Below, piece after piece: positions 1-9,370 of a DNA stretch of 64,000 nt. Where the stretch lies: contig CAWBMV010000001.1 in assembly GCA_963789955.1 (NCBI GenBank), positions 64,001 through 128,000 on the forward strand, in the 5' to 3' direction. The position numbers were made by a program, and so were the translations under genes. Numbering within the stretch: the stretch's first letter is position 1; each line of letters begins with the position of its first letter. The stretch is from an uncultured Candidatus Rokubacteria bacterium (GTDB lineage: Bacteria; Methylomirabilota; Methylomirabilia; Rokubacteriales; CSP1-6). The notes beneath the pieces were generated by a model. That model did no database searches and was not told the origin of the DNA. It was given only the letters and a program-made list of their open reading frames with translations.

Positions 1-395
1 TCTGCGCGCGGGCATGGCCGCGATGAGTCAGATCGACGGGAGCCTGGACGAAGCCTCGCGCACGCTCGGCGGCCGAAGCTTTGTGACCTTGCGCCGGGTG
101 ATCCTTCCGCTGCTGCGGCCCGCGGTCGTGGCCGCGCTCGTCTACAGCTTCGTCCGCGCGATGACGACGGTCAGCGCCGTGATCTTCCTGGTCTCGGCCG
201 ACTACGATATGGCGACGACGTTCATCATCCACCGCGTGCTGAACGGCGACTATGGCGTCGCGATCGCCTACAGCTCCGTGCTCATCGTGTTGATGCTGGG
301 CGCGATCGGGCTCATCCAGCTGCTGGTCGGCGAGCGGCGCCTGCGGCGTCAGGCGCCGCGCGCTCGCGCCGCTCCCGGCCGGACCCTCCGCATGA
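1..395 (+). CDS. ABC transporter permease, FbpB/iron(III)-type, C-terminal part (5' truncated)
   Basis: EAA-loop motif (SLDEASRTLG...TLRRVILPLLRP) and TM helices. A TGA at 393-395 overlaps the next ATG; the apparent fusion to the ATPase is probably an indel. Confidence 0.8.
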
Positions 396-1458
396 GCGAC
401 CGGCGCGCCGCGCGCATCGAGCTCGCCCACGTCACGAAGCGGTACGGACCGGTGACGGCCGTGCGCGACGTGAGCTTCATCGTCGCTGCCGGCAGCCTCG
501 TCACCTTGCTCGGCCCGTCCGGCTGCGGCAAGACGACGACGCTTCGCCTGATCGCCGGGCTCGAAACGGTCACGTCCGGGCGCATCCTCATCGGCGATGA
601 CGACGTGACCGCGCTCGGCGCGACCGACCGGAGCGTGAGCATGGTGTTTCAGAGCTACGCGCTGTTCCCGCACATGTCCGTGCTCGACAACGTCGCCTAC
701 GGGCCGCGCGTCGGCGGACGATCGCGGCGCGACGCGGCCGAGTCGGCGCGCGAGGCGCTGGCCGGCGTCGGGCTCGCCGAGCTCGGCGAGCGACTGCCCA
801 GCGAGCTGTCGGGCGGCCAGCAGCAGCGCGTCGCCATCGCCCGCGCGCTCGTGCTCGAGCCGCGGGTGCTGTTGTTCGACGAGCCGCTCTCGAACCTCGA
901 CGCGCGGCTCCGGCGTCAGATGCGCGAGGAGATCCGCGCGCTCCAGCAGCGGCTCGGCATCACGGTGGTGTACGTCACGCACGACCAGGAAGAGGCGCTC
1001 GGCGTCTCGGACCGCATCATCGTGATGAATCACGCCGTCGTCGCCCAGGAGGGACCGCCGCGCGACCTCTACGAGACACCGGACGACGTCTTCGTGGCCG
1101 GCTTCATGGGCGAAGCCAATCGAGTCAAGGGTGTGCTCCGGCGCCTCGACGATCGAACCGGCCGAGTGACGATCGGGGGCTCACCCGGACGCTGCTCCAT
1201 CGAGGGCTTCCCGACGGTGCGGTCGACGTCGCCATCAGACCGGAGGCGATCCTGATCGCCCGCGCCAGCACGGAGATCGGAGCCTTACGCGGCACCGTGA
1301 GCCGGGCTGCCTACCTGGGCTCGCGGATGGAATACTCGATCGCGTCGGAGATCGGCGAGCTGTTCGTCACGAGCCCAGCGGTCGACGCGCCGCTCGCACC
1401 CGGCTCGCCCGTCGCCTTGACACTTGCGACCCATGGCATCACCCTGATTCGGCCATGA
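392..1458 (+). CDS. ABC transporter ATP-binding protein (FbpC/PotA-like, TOBE tail); frameshift ~1180
   Basis: Walker A GPSGCGKT, LSGGQQQR, LLFDEPLSNLD; C-terminus continues in another frame to TGA 1456-1458. Confidence 0.88.
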
Positions 1459-1943
1459 TCGAAGAACGCGTCGTCCAGATCCTCGATGGGCTCGGCGTGC
1501 CGTACGAGCTGATGCAGATCGACCCGGCCTTCGCCGACACCGCGGCGTGCTGCGAGAAATACGCGCTGCCGCTGGAAAGTGCCGGCAACACCATCGTCGT
1601 CGCCTCGAAGAAGGAGCCGAGAAAATTCGGCGCGTGCGTCGTGAAGGCGACCCGGCGGCTCGACGTGAACCACGCCGTGCGCGCGCTGCTCGGTGTCTCC
1701 AAGGTGTCGTTCGCCTCGGCGGAGGAGACCAAGGCGCTGACCGGCATGATGATCGGCGGCGTCACCGTGTTCGCGCTGCCGCCCGACCTGCCGATCTATG
1801 TCGACGACAAGCTCATGGACCGCGAGTGGGTGATCCTCGGCAGCGGCAGCCGGTCGTCCAAGATCAAGATCTCGCCCGAAGTCTTCCGCCGCATCCCGAA
1901 CACCACGATCGTCCCCGGCCTGGCCCAAGACATCGCGCGCTAG
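1455..1943 (+). CDS. YbaK/EbsC/ProX family aminoacyl-tRNA editing-domain protein
   Basis: SFASAEET..LTGMMIGGVTVF and ILGSGSRSSK motifs; ATGA coupling to the upstream gene. Confidence 0.85.
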   Translation: MIEERVVQILDGLGVPYELMQIDPAFADTAACCEKYALPLESAGNTIVVASKKEPRKFGACVVKATRRLDVNHAVRALLGVSKVSFASAEETKALTGMMIGGVTVFALPPDLPIYVDDKLMDREWVILGSGSRSSKIKISPEVFRRIPNTTIVPGLAQDIAR

Positions 1944-2046
1944 CAGCGTCGACCGTTCGCGCTTCAACGCGCTGACGCGGCTGCGTCGGGGGCCACCCCG
2001 CGGCGGGTACACCCGCGCCACCCGCGACTCCGCTCGCGAGAGGCGG

Positions 2047-3327
2047 CTAGTTGACGATGGCCTGGAGCACCAGCGTCTTGAGGAGCTGGCGGTAGTGCAC
2101 GCGGATCGGGCCCGGGGCCTGGGCCATGAAGATGACCGTGAGCTCTTCTTTCGGATCGACCCAGAAGCCGGTGCCGTAGGCGCCGCCCCAGTTGTAGTCG
2201 CCGGCCGAGCCCGTGAGAGCCGCGACCCCCGTGTCCTTGCGCACGGCGAAGCCGAGCCCGAAACCGTAGCCCGGCCCCGGCGAATACGCCGGGCCCGGCG
2301 CGATCTGCGTGCCGAGATGGTCCGACGTCATGTACTCGACCGTCTTGCGGCCGAGAATGTCGCGTGCCCTCGAGCGTGCCGCGGTTCAGGAGCATCTGGG
2401 TGAAGCGCACGTAGTCGCCGGCGGTCGACACGCCGCAGCCGCCGCCACATTCGAACTTCGGCGGCTTCGTGGGATCGAACAGCTTGATCTCCTTGTTCGT
2501 GTCGGGATCGATCGCCAGCGCCTGCGCGAGGCGCGCCTGCCGGTCGGCGGTGACGACGAAACCCGTGTCGGTCATCTTGAGCGGACGGAAGATGCGCTCG
2601 GCGAGAACCTCGCCGAGCGGCTTGCCCGACACGACTTCGACGACGCGCCCGAGAACATCGGTCGAGAAGCCGTACTCCCACGTCGTACCCGGCTGATTCA
2701 GGAGCGGCAGCTTGGCGAGCCGCGCGATGAACTCCTGCGCCGTGAGCTCGCGTGTGAGCCCGGTCATAGCGCCCTCGTAGAGCTTGTGGACCTGCGTCGT
2801 GCCGCGGTTGCCGTAGGTGAAGCCGGACGTGTGGCGCAGCAGATCCTGGATCGTCATCTCGGACGCCGCCGGCATCGTGTAGAACACGGTCTTGCCGGTG
2901 GCCGGATCGAGCTTCTCCACGCCGACCTGGCGATTGGCGAGCTCCGGGATGTACTTCGAGACGGGATCCGTGAGCAAGAGCCGGCCTTCTTCGTAGAGCA
3001 TCATCGTCGCGACGGACACGAGCGGCTTGGTCATCGACGCGATGCGGAAGATCGCGTCGGGCGGCATCGGCGCGTTCGAGCTCTTGTCGCGGAAGCCGAC
3101 GGTGTCGAAGTACGCGATACGCCCCTTGCGCGCCACCACCACGACGGCGCCGGGGATGCGGCCACGCTCGACGTCGGCGCGCAGGATCTGCCCGATGCGG
3201 TCGAGTCTCTCGGACGAGAGTCCGACGTCGTCCGCTTTCGCGCGCGGAGCGGGAGCGGATCGGCCGCGGCGCCGACGACGAGGAGCAGCGAAAAACCCAC
3301 CACGAGCGAGAGCGCCAGCGCTTTCAT
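2047..3327 (-). CDS. Secreted serine hydrolase, beta-lactamase/AmpC-like family; two frameshifts
   Basis: Signal peptide MKALALSLVVG, IFRIASMTK (SxxK), LLRHTSG, WGGAYGT, WVDPKEE. Confidence 0.9.
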
Positions 3328-3400
3328 GATGCGTCTCCTGTGCTAGAGTTCCGCTGCCCGCCCGGACGGCGAGACCGGTGGCGAGACGATAGAGGAGAGT

Positions 3401-4118
3401 GTGATGGAACGCAAGAATAGCGTGGTCACGCGCGAGCGGTTCGCGTCGGGGATGACGTTCGATCAGTACGTCGCCTACGTCGGCACACCGGAGAATCTCA
3501 AGCGCGAGGGCTCCGGACGTCCGCGGAGCGACATGACCGCCAATCTGCGCGCGGGCTATGCGGCGTGCGCGGCTGGACGACGCGCAGACCGCGGCGATCA
3601 AGTGGCTGGCGGCGCGGCCGAACGGTCCCGCCAAGGTTCTCGTCATCTCGGAGGAGTGGTCGTCGGATTGCCGGCGCGACGTGCCGATGCTCGCCCGCCT
3701 GGCCGAGGCCGGAGGGTTGGAGCTCAGGATCTTCCGGCGCGACGGCCAGCGATTCAGCTCGAGTCACCGGCCGACCCTGGCCGAGGCCCCCGACAGCAAC
3801 GCCGACATCATGGCCGAGTTCCTCAACTCGAAGAACGGCCAGACGTGGCAGTCGATCCCGGTCGCCGTGTTCTACACGAAAGACCTCGAGTACATCTACC
3901 ACTACACCGAGTTCCCGGCGATCTACCAGAAGGACCAGGTGGTCGCGGGAATCCGCGGCGCGCGGCCGGGCGAGAGCAAGGAAGAGACCCAGAAGCGCGG
4001 CGACCGCGAGTTCGTCGAGCTCCAGCAGTCGCCGTTCTTCCGGATCTGGGCCTGCGCCGGAGTCGACGAGATCCTGAGCGCGCTGCACCGCAAGGTCGTG
4101 CTCGGCCCGTCGGCCTGA
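3401..4118 (+). CDS. Thioredoxin-fold protein (Thioredoxin_9-like, SxxC); frameshift ~3560
   Basis: EEWSSDCRRDVP active-site region and cis-Pro motif QSIPVAVF; RBS aggaga. Confidence 0.75.
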
Positions 4119-4121
4119 CGG

Positions 4122-5351
4122 TCACTCCGTCAAGATCCAGGCGTTGTGGCGGAAGGGATCGTAGCGCTCCCGCTTCGCGCAGAAGCCCTTCGTGTCGATC
4201 ACGCGTCTCAGCTCGCTTTCGCTCGAGCGCCGAGCGGACAGAACGAGATCGAGATCCGTGAACGCGGCGCGTCCGTCGTCGCGCTGTCGGCACAGATTCC
4301 GGGCCCGGTTGAAGTAGACGATCGGGTCGCATGCGATACGCGTGTCGAGCGGCAATTTCAGATCACGGCGCGTCGTGGTGCCGTCGACGTTGTGCAGATC
4401 GGCCCACCCCACGCAGGTCGCCCGCGCGTCGAACATGTGGAGCGCGTAGAGCCGCCCCTGTCCGGTCAGCGTCCGATCGCCCGGGAAGGCGTAGGGAATC
4501 AGCTGCAGCACCGAGAAGAATGCGGCGAGCGCATACACCGACCGGAATTCCCGACCTCTGAAGAACGCCGCCAGGAGTCCTTCCGGCGGATCCCGCGGCG
4601 CGACGAGCCGGCTCAGCGGGAAGATCGCCAGGATCGCGAACATGAGCAGCGGGTAGAAGAACCCCACGACCTGCCACGACAGCGCGTGGAAGACGAGGAA
4701 CTGCGCGAACGCGGCCCAGAAGATCCACGCGCGCTTCGCCAGGAGCCCCCACGCCACGCCGAGCTCGAGCACGATCACGTAGACGCACGCGACGATCACG
4801 CCCGCGCCCGAGAACGGCCACATCGGACGATAGAGCCCCGCGCCCGAGATCCATTCCCAGTTGAGCTTGAGCATGCCGGCCCAGAAATAGAAGAGCGTGA
4901 TCAGCACGCGCAGCGCGTCGCGCTTGCCGGGCACGAGCAGGTACGCGAACGTCGCGAAGAATCCCATGTAGTGCTGGTTCATGCGCAATCGATAGTCGAG
5001 CAGCATGACGGCGAGCTTGAGGCCGTTCACCAGCACGAGCCCCGCGTAGGCCCACGGTACGAGCCGCCGGAACGCGAAGAGCAGGCCGGTGCCGATCGCC
5101 GCCGCGAAGTACGCGCGCAGGAGCAGTGCGACGCCGCCGGCGGACAGCACCCGGACGTTCTCGCACGCTGGCAGCAGCGGCCAGCAGATCGGCTCGGCCT
5201 GCGCGTTGACGAACGTGACGATCCGCTGGTCGACCCAGTACAGATAGGTGACGACGTGCAGGAACGCCATCGCCACGCCGTACCAGCGCAACGCGTCGTC
5301 GCGCTCGATCTCGGCGATCTGTGCGCGGAGGAATCCGACGGGCGTCGGCAT
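4122..5351 (-). CDS. HTTM-like / vitamin-K-dependent carboxylase-like membrane protein
   Basis: Multiple TM helices, NQHYM and FYFWAGMLKLNWEW motifs, soluble Cys-containing C-terminus. Confidence 0.55.
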   Translation of the reverse strand: MPTPVGFLRAQIAEIERDDALRWYGVAMAFLHVVTYLYWVDQRIVTFVNAQAEPICWPLLPACENVRVLSAGGVALLLRAYFAAAIGTGLLFAFRRLVPWAYAGLVLVNGLKLAVMLLDYRLRMNQHYMGFFATFAYLLVPGKRDALRVLITLFYFWAGMLKLNWEWISGAGLYRPMWPFSGAGVIVACVYVIVLELGVAWGLLAKRAWIFWAAFAQFLVFHALSWQVVGFFYPLLMFAILAIFPLSRLVAPRDPPEGLLAAFFRGREFRSVYALAAFFSVLQLIPYAFPGDRTLTGQGRLYALHMFDARATCVGWADLHNVDGTTTRRDLKLPLDTRIACDPIVYFNRARNLCRQRDDGRAAFTDLDLVLSARRSSESELRRVIDTKGFCAKRERYDPFRHNAWILTE

Positions 5352-5440
5352 GGCCGGGAGCCTAGCGTATGCCGGACACGAGAACAAATGGGTGCGATAC
5401 GTAGAGGTTCCGTGAGCTAATTTCAGCCCCGGGAGGATCT

Positions 5441-6592
5441 GTGAAGAGAACGCTTCGGCTCGTGCTGGTTTTGAGCGCGCTCGGCTTCGCGGGCGGTTGC
5501 GTCAGCCTCACGCCGGCGCAGAAGGACACGGTGGCCGACGTCCAGCGATTCGCCGACGCGACGGCGGCGGCCTACGGACTGATGCGCATTCCCGTCACCG
5601 TCCAGGCGCCAACCAATCTCGGCATCGGTGGAGTCTACCGGCAGGGGAACTTCTACCTGAACGCCAACATGCTCGACTCAGGGCACCTGACCGCTGTCGT
5701 GGCTCACGAGCTCGGGCACTACGTGCTGGGACACGAACCGACCTCGGGTGTGTCGATGGCAGAGCTCCTGAAGGCGCAAGAGGTGCGCGAGCTCGACGCG
5801 AACGCCAAGGCGGTCGAGATCATGGTCCGCGTCAAAGCTATGCCTCAACCCCAGGCGGTCCGGACGATGGTGGTTTTTCTCCGCTCGGCCCAGAACACGC
5901 AGAATCGCGGGCAGCCCAATGCCCCCGGCCATCGCCCGCCCTCCGAGGAGATCGCAGACCTGCTCGCTCGATTCCCCGAAGCTCCGAGGCCGACTGAACC
6001 ACCAGGCGCGGCATCGAGCTCGTCATCCGCGGCAGCTCCGATCATCGTGCCGACGTGGAAGGTGGGAGACCAGTGGACGTTCTGGTGGGATAGTCCGCGC
6101 GGCTCCGGCACGTTCGTGTGGTCGGTGGACCGCGAGGAGGTGGTCGACGGGACAGAGTACTACGTGATCACCTCGGGGCCGACGCGACAGGACCCGGCGC
6201 GAGAGTTCTTCTATCAGAAGGCCGATCTGGCGTGGCGCCTGCTGAAGGTGAACGGCACGCTCGAAAGCACGGCGGAACCACCCCAGCTGCGCTACGTGTG
6301 GCCACTGACGATCGGTGGCACCTGGGAGCAAACCGTGACCGTGACGACCGAGCGACAGGGAAAGATCTCGACGGACATCATTGCGAGAGCGTGCCGGGTC
6401 ACGGGCGAGGAGACTGTCACGGTCGCCGGCGGGATCTACCGGACGACCAAGACGGTATGTCGCGACAAGACGACGAACGAGGTCGTCTACGAGATGTGGT
6501 ACTCCCCGGAGGTCAAGCACTGGGTCAAAGAGTGGACCAAGTATCCGTGGGGCGCGATGGAGCGCGAGGTCATGCGCGTAAAGTTGAAGTAA
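5441..6592 (+). CDS. Lipoprotein, M48-like zinc metalloprotease domain plus beta-rich C-terminal domain
   Basis: Lipobox AGGC, AHELGHYVLGH, ELDANAKA; Pro/Ser linker then a W-rich domain. Confidence 0.7.
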   Translation: MKRTLRLVLVLSALGFAGGCVSLTPAQKDTVADVQRFADATAAAYGLMRIPVTVQAPTNLGIGGVYRQGNFYLNANMLDSGHLTAVVAHELGHYVLGHEPTSGVSMAELLKAQEVRELDANAKAVEIMVRVKAMPQPQAVRTMVVFLRSAQNTQNRGQPNAPGHRPPSEEIADLLARFPEAPRPTEPPGAASSSSSAAAPIIVPTWKVGDQWTFWWDSPRGSGTFVWSVDREEVVDGTEYYVITSGPTRQDPAREFFYQKADLAWRLLKVNGTLESTAEPPQLRYVWPLTIGGTWEQTVTVTTERQGKISTDIIARACRVTGEETVTVAGGIYRTTKTVCRDKTTNEVVYEMWYSPEVKHWVKEWTKYPWGAMEREVMRVKLK

Positions 6593-6620
6593 CCGATACC
6601 AAGGAAGCGGGGAGGGCGTC

Positions 6621-7049
6621 GTGCTGACACGACGAGCATTCACGGGTGTTGTCTCGTGCGCGATCTGCGCAATTGCCTCCGAGTTCATGGCCAGCGAAGC
6701 GGCGGCCCAAGCTACGCCACCCGCCGCGACGAGCGGCGTCACACGAAAGATCTTGTCGCAGACAGATGGTCCGGCGCCGGGCTATGAGACGCTACTTGTG
6801 GAAGCAACAATCGAAGCGGGCGTGGCGGTCGCGCGACATACGCATCCGGGAATCGAATCGGCGTTCGTCCTCGAAGGCGGCTTCGAGCTTCCGGTAGCAG
6901 GTCAGCCGACCCGTACGCTCAAACCAAGTGACGGCTTCCAGATACCCCCCGAGACGCCACACGCGGGCGGGAAGCCGGGCAACGCCAAGACCAGAGTTCT
7001 CATCACTTATGTTGTGCAGAAGGGAAAGCCCCTGGCGTCTCCAGCCTAA
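6621..7049 (+). CDS. Cupin domain protein with twin-arginine-like signal
   Basis: TRRAF N-terminus; HTHPGIE and ETPHAG cupin metal motifs. Confidence 0.85.
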   Translation: MLTRRAFTGVVSCAICAIASEFMASEAAAQATPPAATSGVTRKILSQTDGPAPGYETLLVEATIEAGVAVARHTHPGIESAFVLEGGFELPVAGQPTRTLKPSDGFQIPPETPHAGGKPGNAKTRVLITYVVQKGKPLASPA

Positions 7050-7098
7050 GGCTCTGCGGCCACGGTGGATCGCGGTAAACTTTCGAAATCGCAAGTGC

Positions 7099-7183
7099 GC
7101 GCGAGTGGCGAAACTGGCAGACGCGCTGGACTTAGGATCCAGTGGGGAAACCCATGGGAGTTCAAGTCTCCCCTCGCGCACCA
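7099..7183 (+). tRNA. tRNA-Leu (anticodon TAG)
   Basis: Acceptor stem GCGCGAG/CTCGCGC, anticodon arm CTGGA-cttagga-TCCAG, long variable arm, GTTCAA T-loop, encoded CCA. Confidence 0.97.
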
Positions 7184-7189
7184 AAATCA

Positions 7190-7202
7190 AATCAGGAAGT
7201 TA
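7190..7202 (+). promoter_or_regulatory. IHF-consensus site, left end of element
   Basis: AATCAGGAAGTTA matches WATCARNNNNTTR. Confidence 0.55.
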
Positions 7203-7242
7203 CGCGACCGGCGCCCCTCATCGAGTTTCATTCCGGGCCCCG

Positions 7243-7264
7243 ACTTACGGCGAACTTACGCCGA
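7243..7264 (+). repeat. Two tandem 11-bp arm-type repeats
   Basis: ACTTACGGCGA ACTTACGCCGA. Confidence 0.65.
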
Positions 7265-7268
7265 GCCC

Positions 7269-7302
7269 AAAAAAGCGCCCCGGGGCCGATCCCCAGGGCG
7301 CT
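7269..7302 (-). terminator. Rho-independent terminator facing the tRNA
   Basis: Minus strand reads AGCGCCCTGGGG-atcgg-CCCCGGGGCGCT followed by a T-run. Confidence 0.75.
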
Positions 7303-7350
7303 CCGAAAAGGGACCCCCCACGCGGGGGAGGACTACTGTGGGAGGTTGCC

Positions 7351-7650
7351 ATGAAGGGTCAGGGAAAGGTGAAGGGCATTCTCGTCGAGGGCAACGACGG
7401 ACACGAGTACCTGCTCGGGTTCGCGCCGGACAACTCGCCGATCTTCAGCCGCCGCCAAGCCGACGGCACGTTTGAGCCGATGGAGGATGTATTGCGAGCG
7501 TCCAAAGTAGCCATCACGCAAATTGGCCATACGGGTGGTCTGATGGGACCGGGCATGGGGAATTACACGTGGCTCTGGGGCGCCTATCGGAAGGCCCTCG
7601 AAGCGTTCCCCCCGATCCCGACTTGGCCGACTTGGTCGGGATCAAACTGA
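7351..7650 (+). CDS. Hypothetical protein (99 aa), mini-element cargo
   Basis: RBS GGAGGT before ATG; MKGQGKVKGILVEG...; no recognisable family. Confidence 0.6.
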   Translation: MKGQGKVKGILVEGNDGHEYLLGFAPDNSPIFSRRQADGTFEPMEDVLRASKVAITQIGHTGGLMGPGMGNYTWLWGAYRKALEAFPPIPTWPTWSGSN

Positions 7651-7682
7651 GACACCACGCACGGGGGCCTCGACTCCTGCCT

Positions 7683-7952
7683 CTACGGCTGCCTCAGGCG
7701 CAGCACGACGCGCGGCGTTCCATCGGGTCCGAACTCGACCACAACCTCGATCAGGTAGGGGAGCCCGGGCAAGGCGCCCAGGATCTTCTTCAGCAGTCGC
7801 TCCAGGCGCCAACGTTGTTCTTCGGCAGTGAGAACGACAGCCGGGGATGAACCCTCAAGACTGAGTTTGCCTGTGCCGGGCTCGATTACGTAGTTGACGC
7901 CGATCAGGTCCGACGCGTTGATCTCGATGACCTTCGGCGGATCGTCTGCCAT
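7683..7952 (-). CDS. Hypothetical protein (89 aa), mini-element cargo
   Basis: RBS AGGAGG before ATG; convergent with the previous ORF. Confidence 0.55.
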   Translation of the reverse strand: MADDPPKVIEINASDLIGVNYVIEPGTGKLSLEGSSPAVVLTAEEQRWRLERLLKKILGALPGLPYLIEVVVEFGPDGTPRVVLRLRQP

Positions 7953-8023
7953 TCAACCCCTCCTGGATCGCCACACTGACCTCAACTGCGAGACTAGAAA
8001 GTTTGGGAAGTTCGAGTTCCTTC

Positions 8024-8056
8024 ACTTACCCCGTACTTGACCCGAACTATCCCGCA
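8024..8056 (+). repeat. Three tandem 11-bp arm-type repeats
   Basis: ACTTACCCCGT ACTTGACCCGA ACTATCCCGCA, resembling the repeats at 7243-7264. Confidence 0.6.
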
Positions 8057-8099
8057 CCATCGAGCAGCATGGGGTTTCAGGCCCTTCCTGGGAGCGTTC

Positions 8100-8112
8100 T
8101 AAGCACCTGATA
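8100..8112 (-). promoter_or_regulatory. IHF-consensus site, right end of element
   Basis: Reverse complement TATCAGGTGCTTA matches WATCARNNNNTTR. Confidence 0.55.
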
Positions 8113-8162
8113 TACATTGATGCGGCTCGATGGGCAGGAATACTGCGAGAGAGGTGATCGAG

Positions 8163-8214
8163 CTTAGGATCCAGTGGGCAACCCATGGGAGTTCAAGTCT
8201 CCCCTCGCGCACCA
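8163..8214 (+). repeat. Displaced 3' half of tRNA-Leu (att direct repeat)
   Basis: Identical to 7131-7183 except in the variable arm (GGGCAACCC vs GGGGAAACCC). Confidence 0.93.
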
Positions 8215-8233
8215 ACCAAGCACTGACGAGGAC

Positions 8234-8428
8234 TTAGTTGGTATCAGCAGAGCACGCGTTGATCTGGTTCTCGGGGCCGTGTGCAGGTTTTTGTGTGGTT
8301 TTGTGCAGGTAGCTCCCACGGAGACCAGCACCGACACGCGCTAGGGCAGCCTGCTGATCCTCCTTCCTCACGATGTGATACCGCTCGTAGACCGAATCGG
8401 TAACGTGACCGCTGGGGACCCCGTGTCG
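8234..8428 (-). pseudogene. Tyrosine integrase C-terminal remnant
   Basis: Manual translation RHGVPSGHVTDSVYERYHIVRKEDQQAALARV...* resembles box II (GH...RY catalytic Tyr); in-frame stop immediately upstream. Confidence 0.75.
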
Positions 8429-8560
8429 TCACCACGAGCCTGACCTGCCATCTGCGTTCGATGATCTCGCGCACGTAGCTATGCGCATCGGCCGTTCTCG
8501 GGGGAAATCGATGTACTCACTGGCTCTATCGATCGCGCTATTGCTGCGCGCTCCCTAGCG

Positions 8561-8989
8561 CTAACCTTTCGGCTCCGGTCGGCTGGCCATGTAGCCCTTC
8601 GGTCGCAGACAATCCCCGTAGGTCTTGGCTAGAAGGTCTATCGCCGCTCGCGAAACCTGGGCTCCAGGATTGTAGGCCGGACCCTGGTTGACCAGGATCG
8701 TCCGGTCCCTCTCGGCGCGGTCGGAGTTCCACACTGTCCGGGCAGCAGCCTGGCACTCGGAAAGATCGGTCTGGACCTTCTCGGTGGGCGTGGGGCGGGG
8801 GGCCTGCACGACCATGTAAAGGTCCGGCTCTGTCCTCGGGGCCCAGTTGTTCCCTGTCCCTAGGATCAGGAGGGTGACCCGGTCGCCCTTGGCTACTGCC
8901 TCGACGTCGGAGGCGGACAACCCGGCGTGAGTCGCACACCCCGAGCAAGCCAGCACCAAGACCACCCAGATCAGCCTAAAGCGCCACAC
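8561..8989 (-). CDS. Hypothetical lipoprotein
   Basis: GTG start after G-rich RBS, lipobox CSGC, paired Cys (DLSECQ...YGDCLRPKGY). Confidence 0.65.
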   Translation of the reverse strand: MWRFRLIWVVLVLACSGCATHAGLSASDVEAVAKGDRVTLLILGTGNNWAPRTEPDLYMVVQAPRPTPTEKVQTDLSECQAAARTVWNSDRAERDRTILVNQGPAYNPGAQVSRAAIDLLAKTYGDCLRPKGYMASRPEPKG

Positions 8990-9009
8990 GTGTCCCCCTC
9001 TGTACCTCT

Positions 9010-9121
9010 CTATTCGCTGTGTTCTTGCCTGTGCAGGTTGCTGTGCTGCTGCCCCTCTGCGGCGAATGGCGCCAGCGTGAGGCTGAGCGTGAGAACCGAC
9101 CGCGAGCCCAATCAGCCGCAT
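9010..9121 (-). pseudogene. Orphan signal-peptide stub resembling a PF04392 SBP N-terminus
   Basis: Removing one extra base gives MRLIGLAVVLTLSLTLAPFAAEGQQ then an early stop; resembles the start of 11601-12593. Confidence 0.5.
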
Positions 9122-9370
9122 GCTGCCGGGGAGTCTAGCGAAACGTCATGACGCGCACCAGCGTCCCGGCCAAGGGCACCGTGTGACTACCCCTGTCTAC
9201 TTGGCCTTCGGCCGGCGTGGTGCATAAGTCCCCGCAAACTTCATGGACCCATCTGTCGGAAAAGGTGAAGAACAGCGGGCAACGGCCCGTAGTTATCCAC
9301 CTGAATCCACCGAACTAATTTTGCTGCCCGCTTGACACACTCGTGTTGCGGAGGACAAGGATGCGGCGTC

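Larger units (their letters stand above)
7131..8214. mobile_element. Integrase-less mini integrative element in tRNA-Leu (attL 7131-7183, attR 8163-8214)
   Basis: Direct repeat of the tRNA 3' half starting in the anticodon loop; arm-like 11-bp repeats and IHF-consensus sites at both inner ends. Confidence 0.8.

Noticed and set aside
14..1255. Apparent gene fusions in the ORF track (permease-ATPase, CoxS-CoxM, miniprotein-isomerase, ThDP enzyme-acyl-CoA dehydrogenase)
   Set aside because: Each junction has a stop or start in an adjacent frame, so single indels explain the joins.
2047..3327. Beta-lactam resistance gene
   Set aside because: Generic serine hydrolase/esterase of the beta-lactamase fold; nothing specific indicates lactamase activity.
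6928..7350. N-terminal extension of the 240-aa ORF across the tRNA
   Set aside because: It overlaps the cupin gene and tRNA-Leu; the RBS-supported start is ATG 7351.
9293..9301. DnaA-box-like TTATCCACC within imperfect inverted repeats
   Set aside because: Single mismatched box, with no cluster or replication gene nearby.
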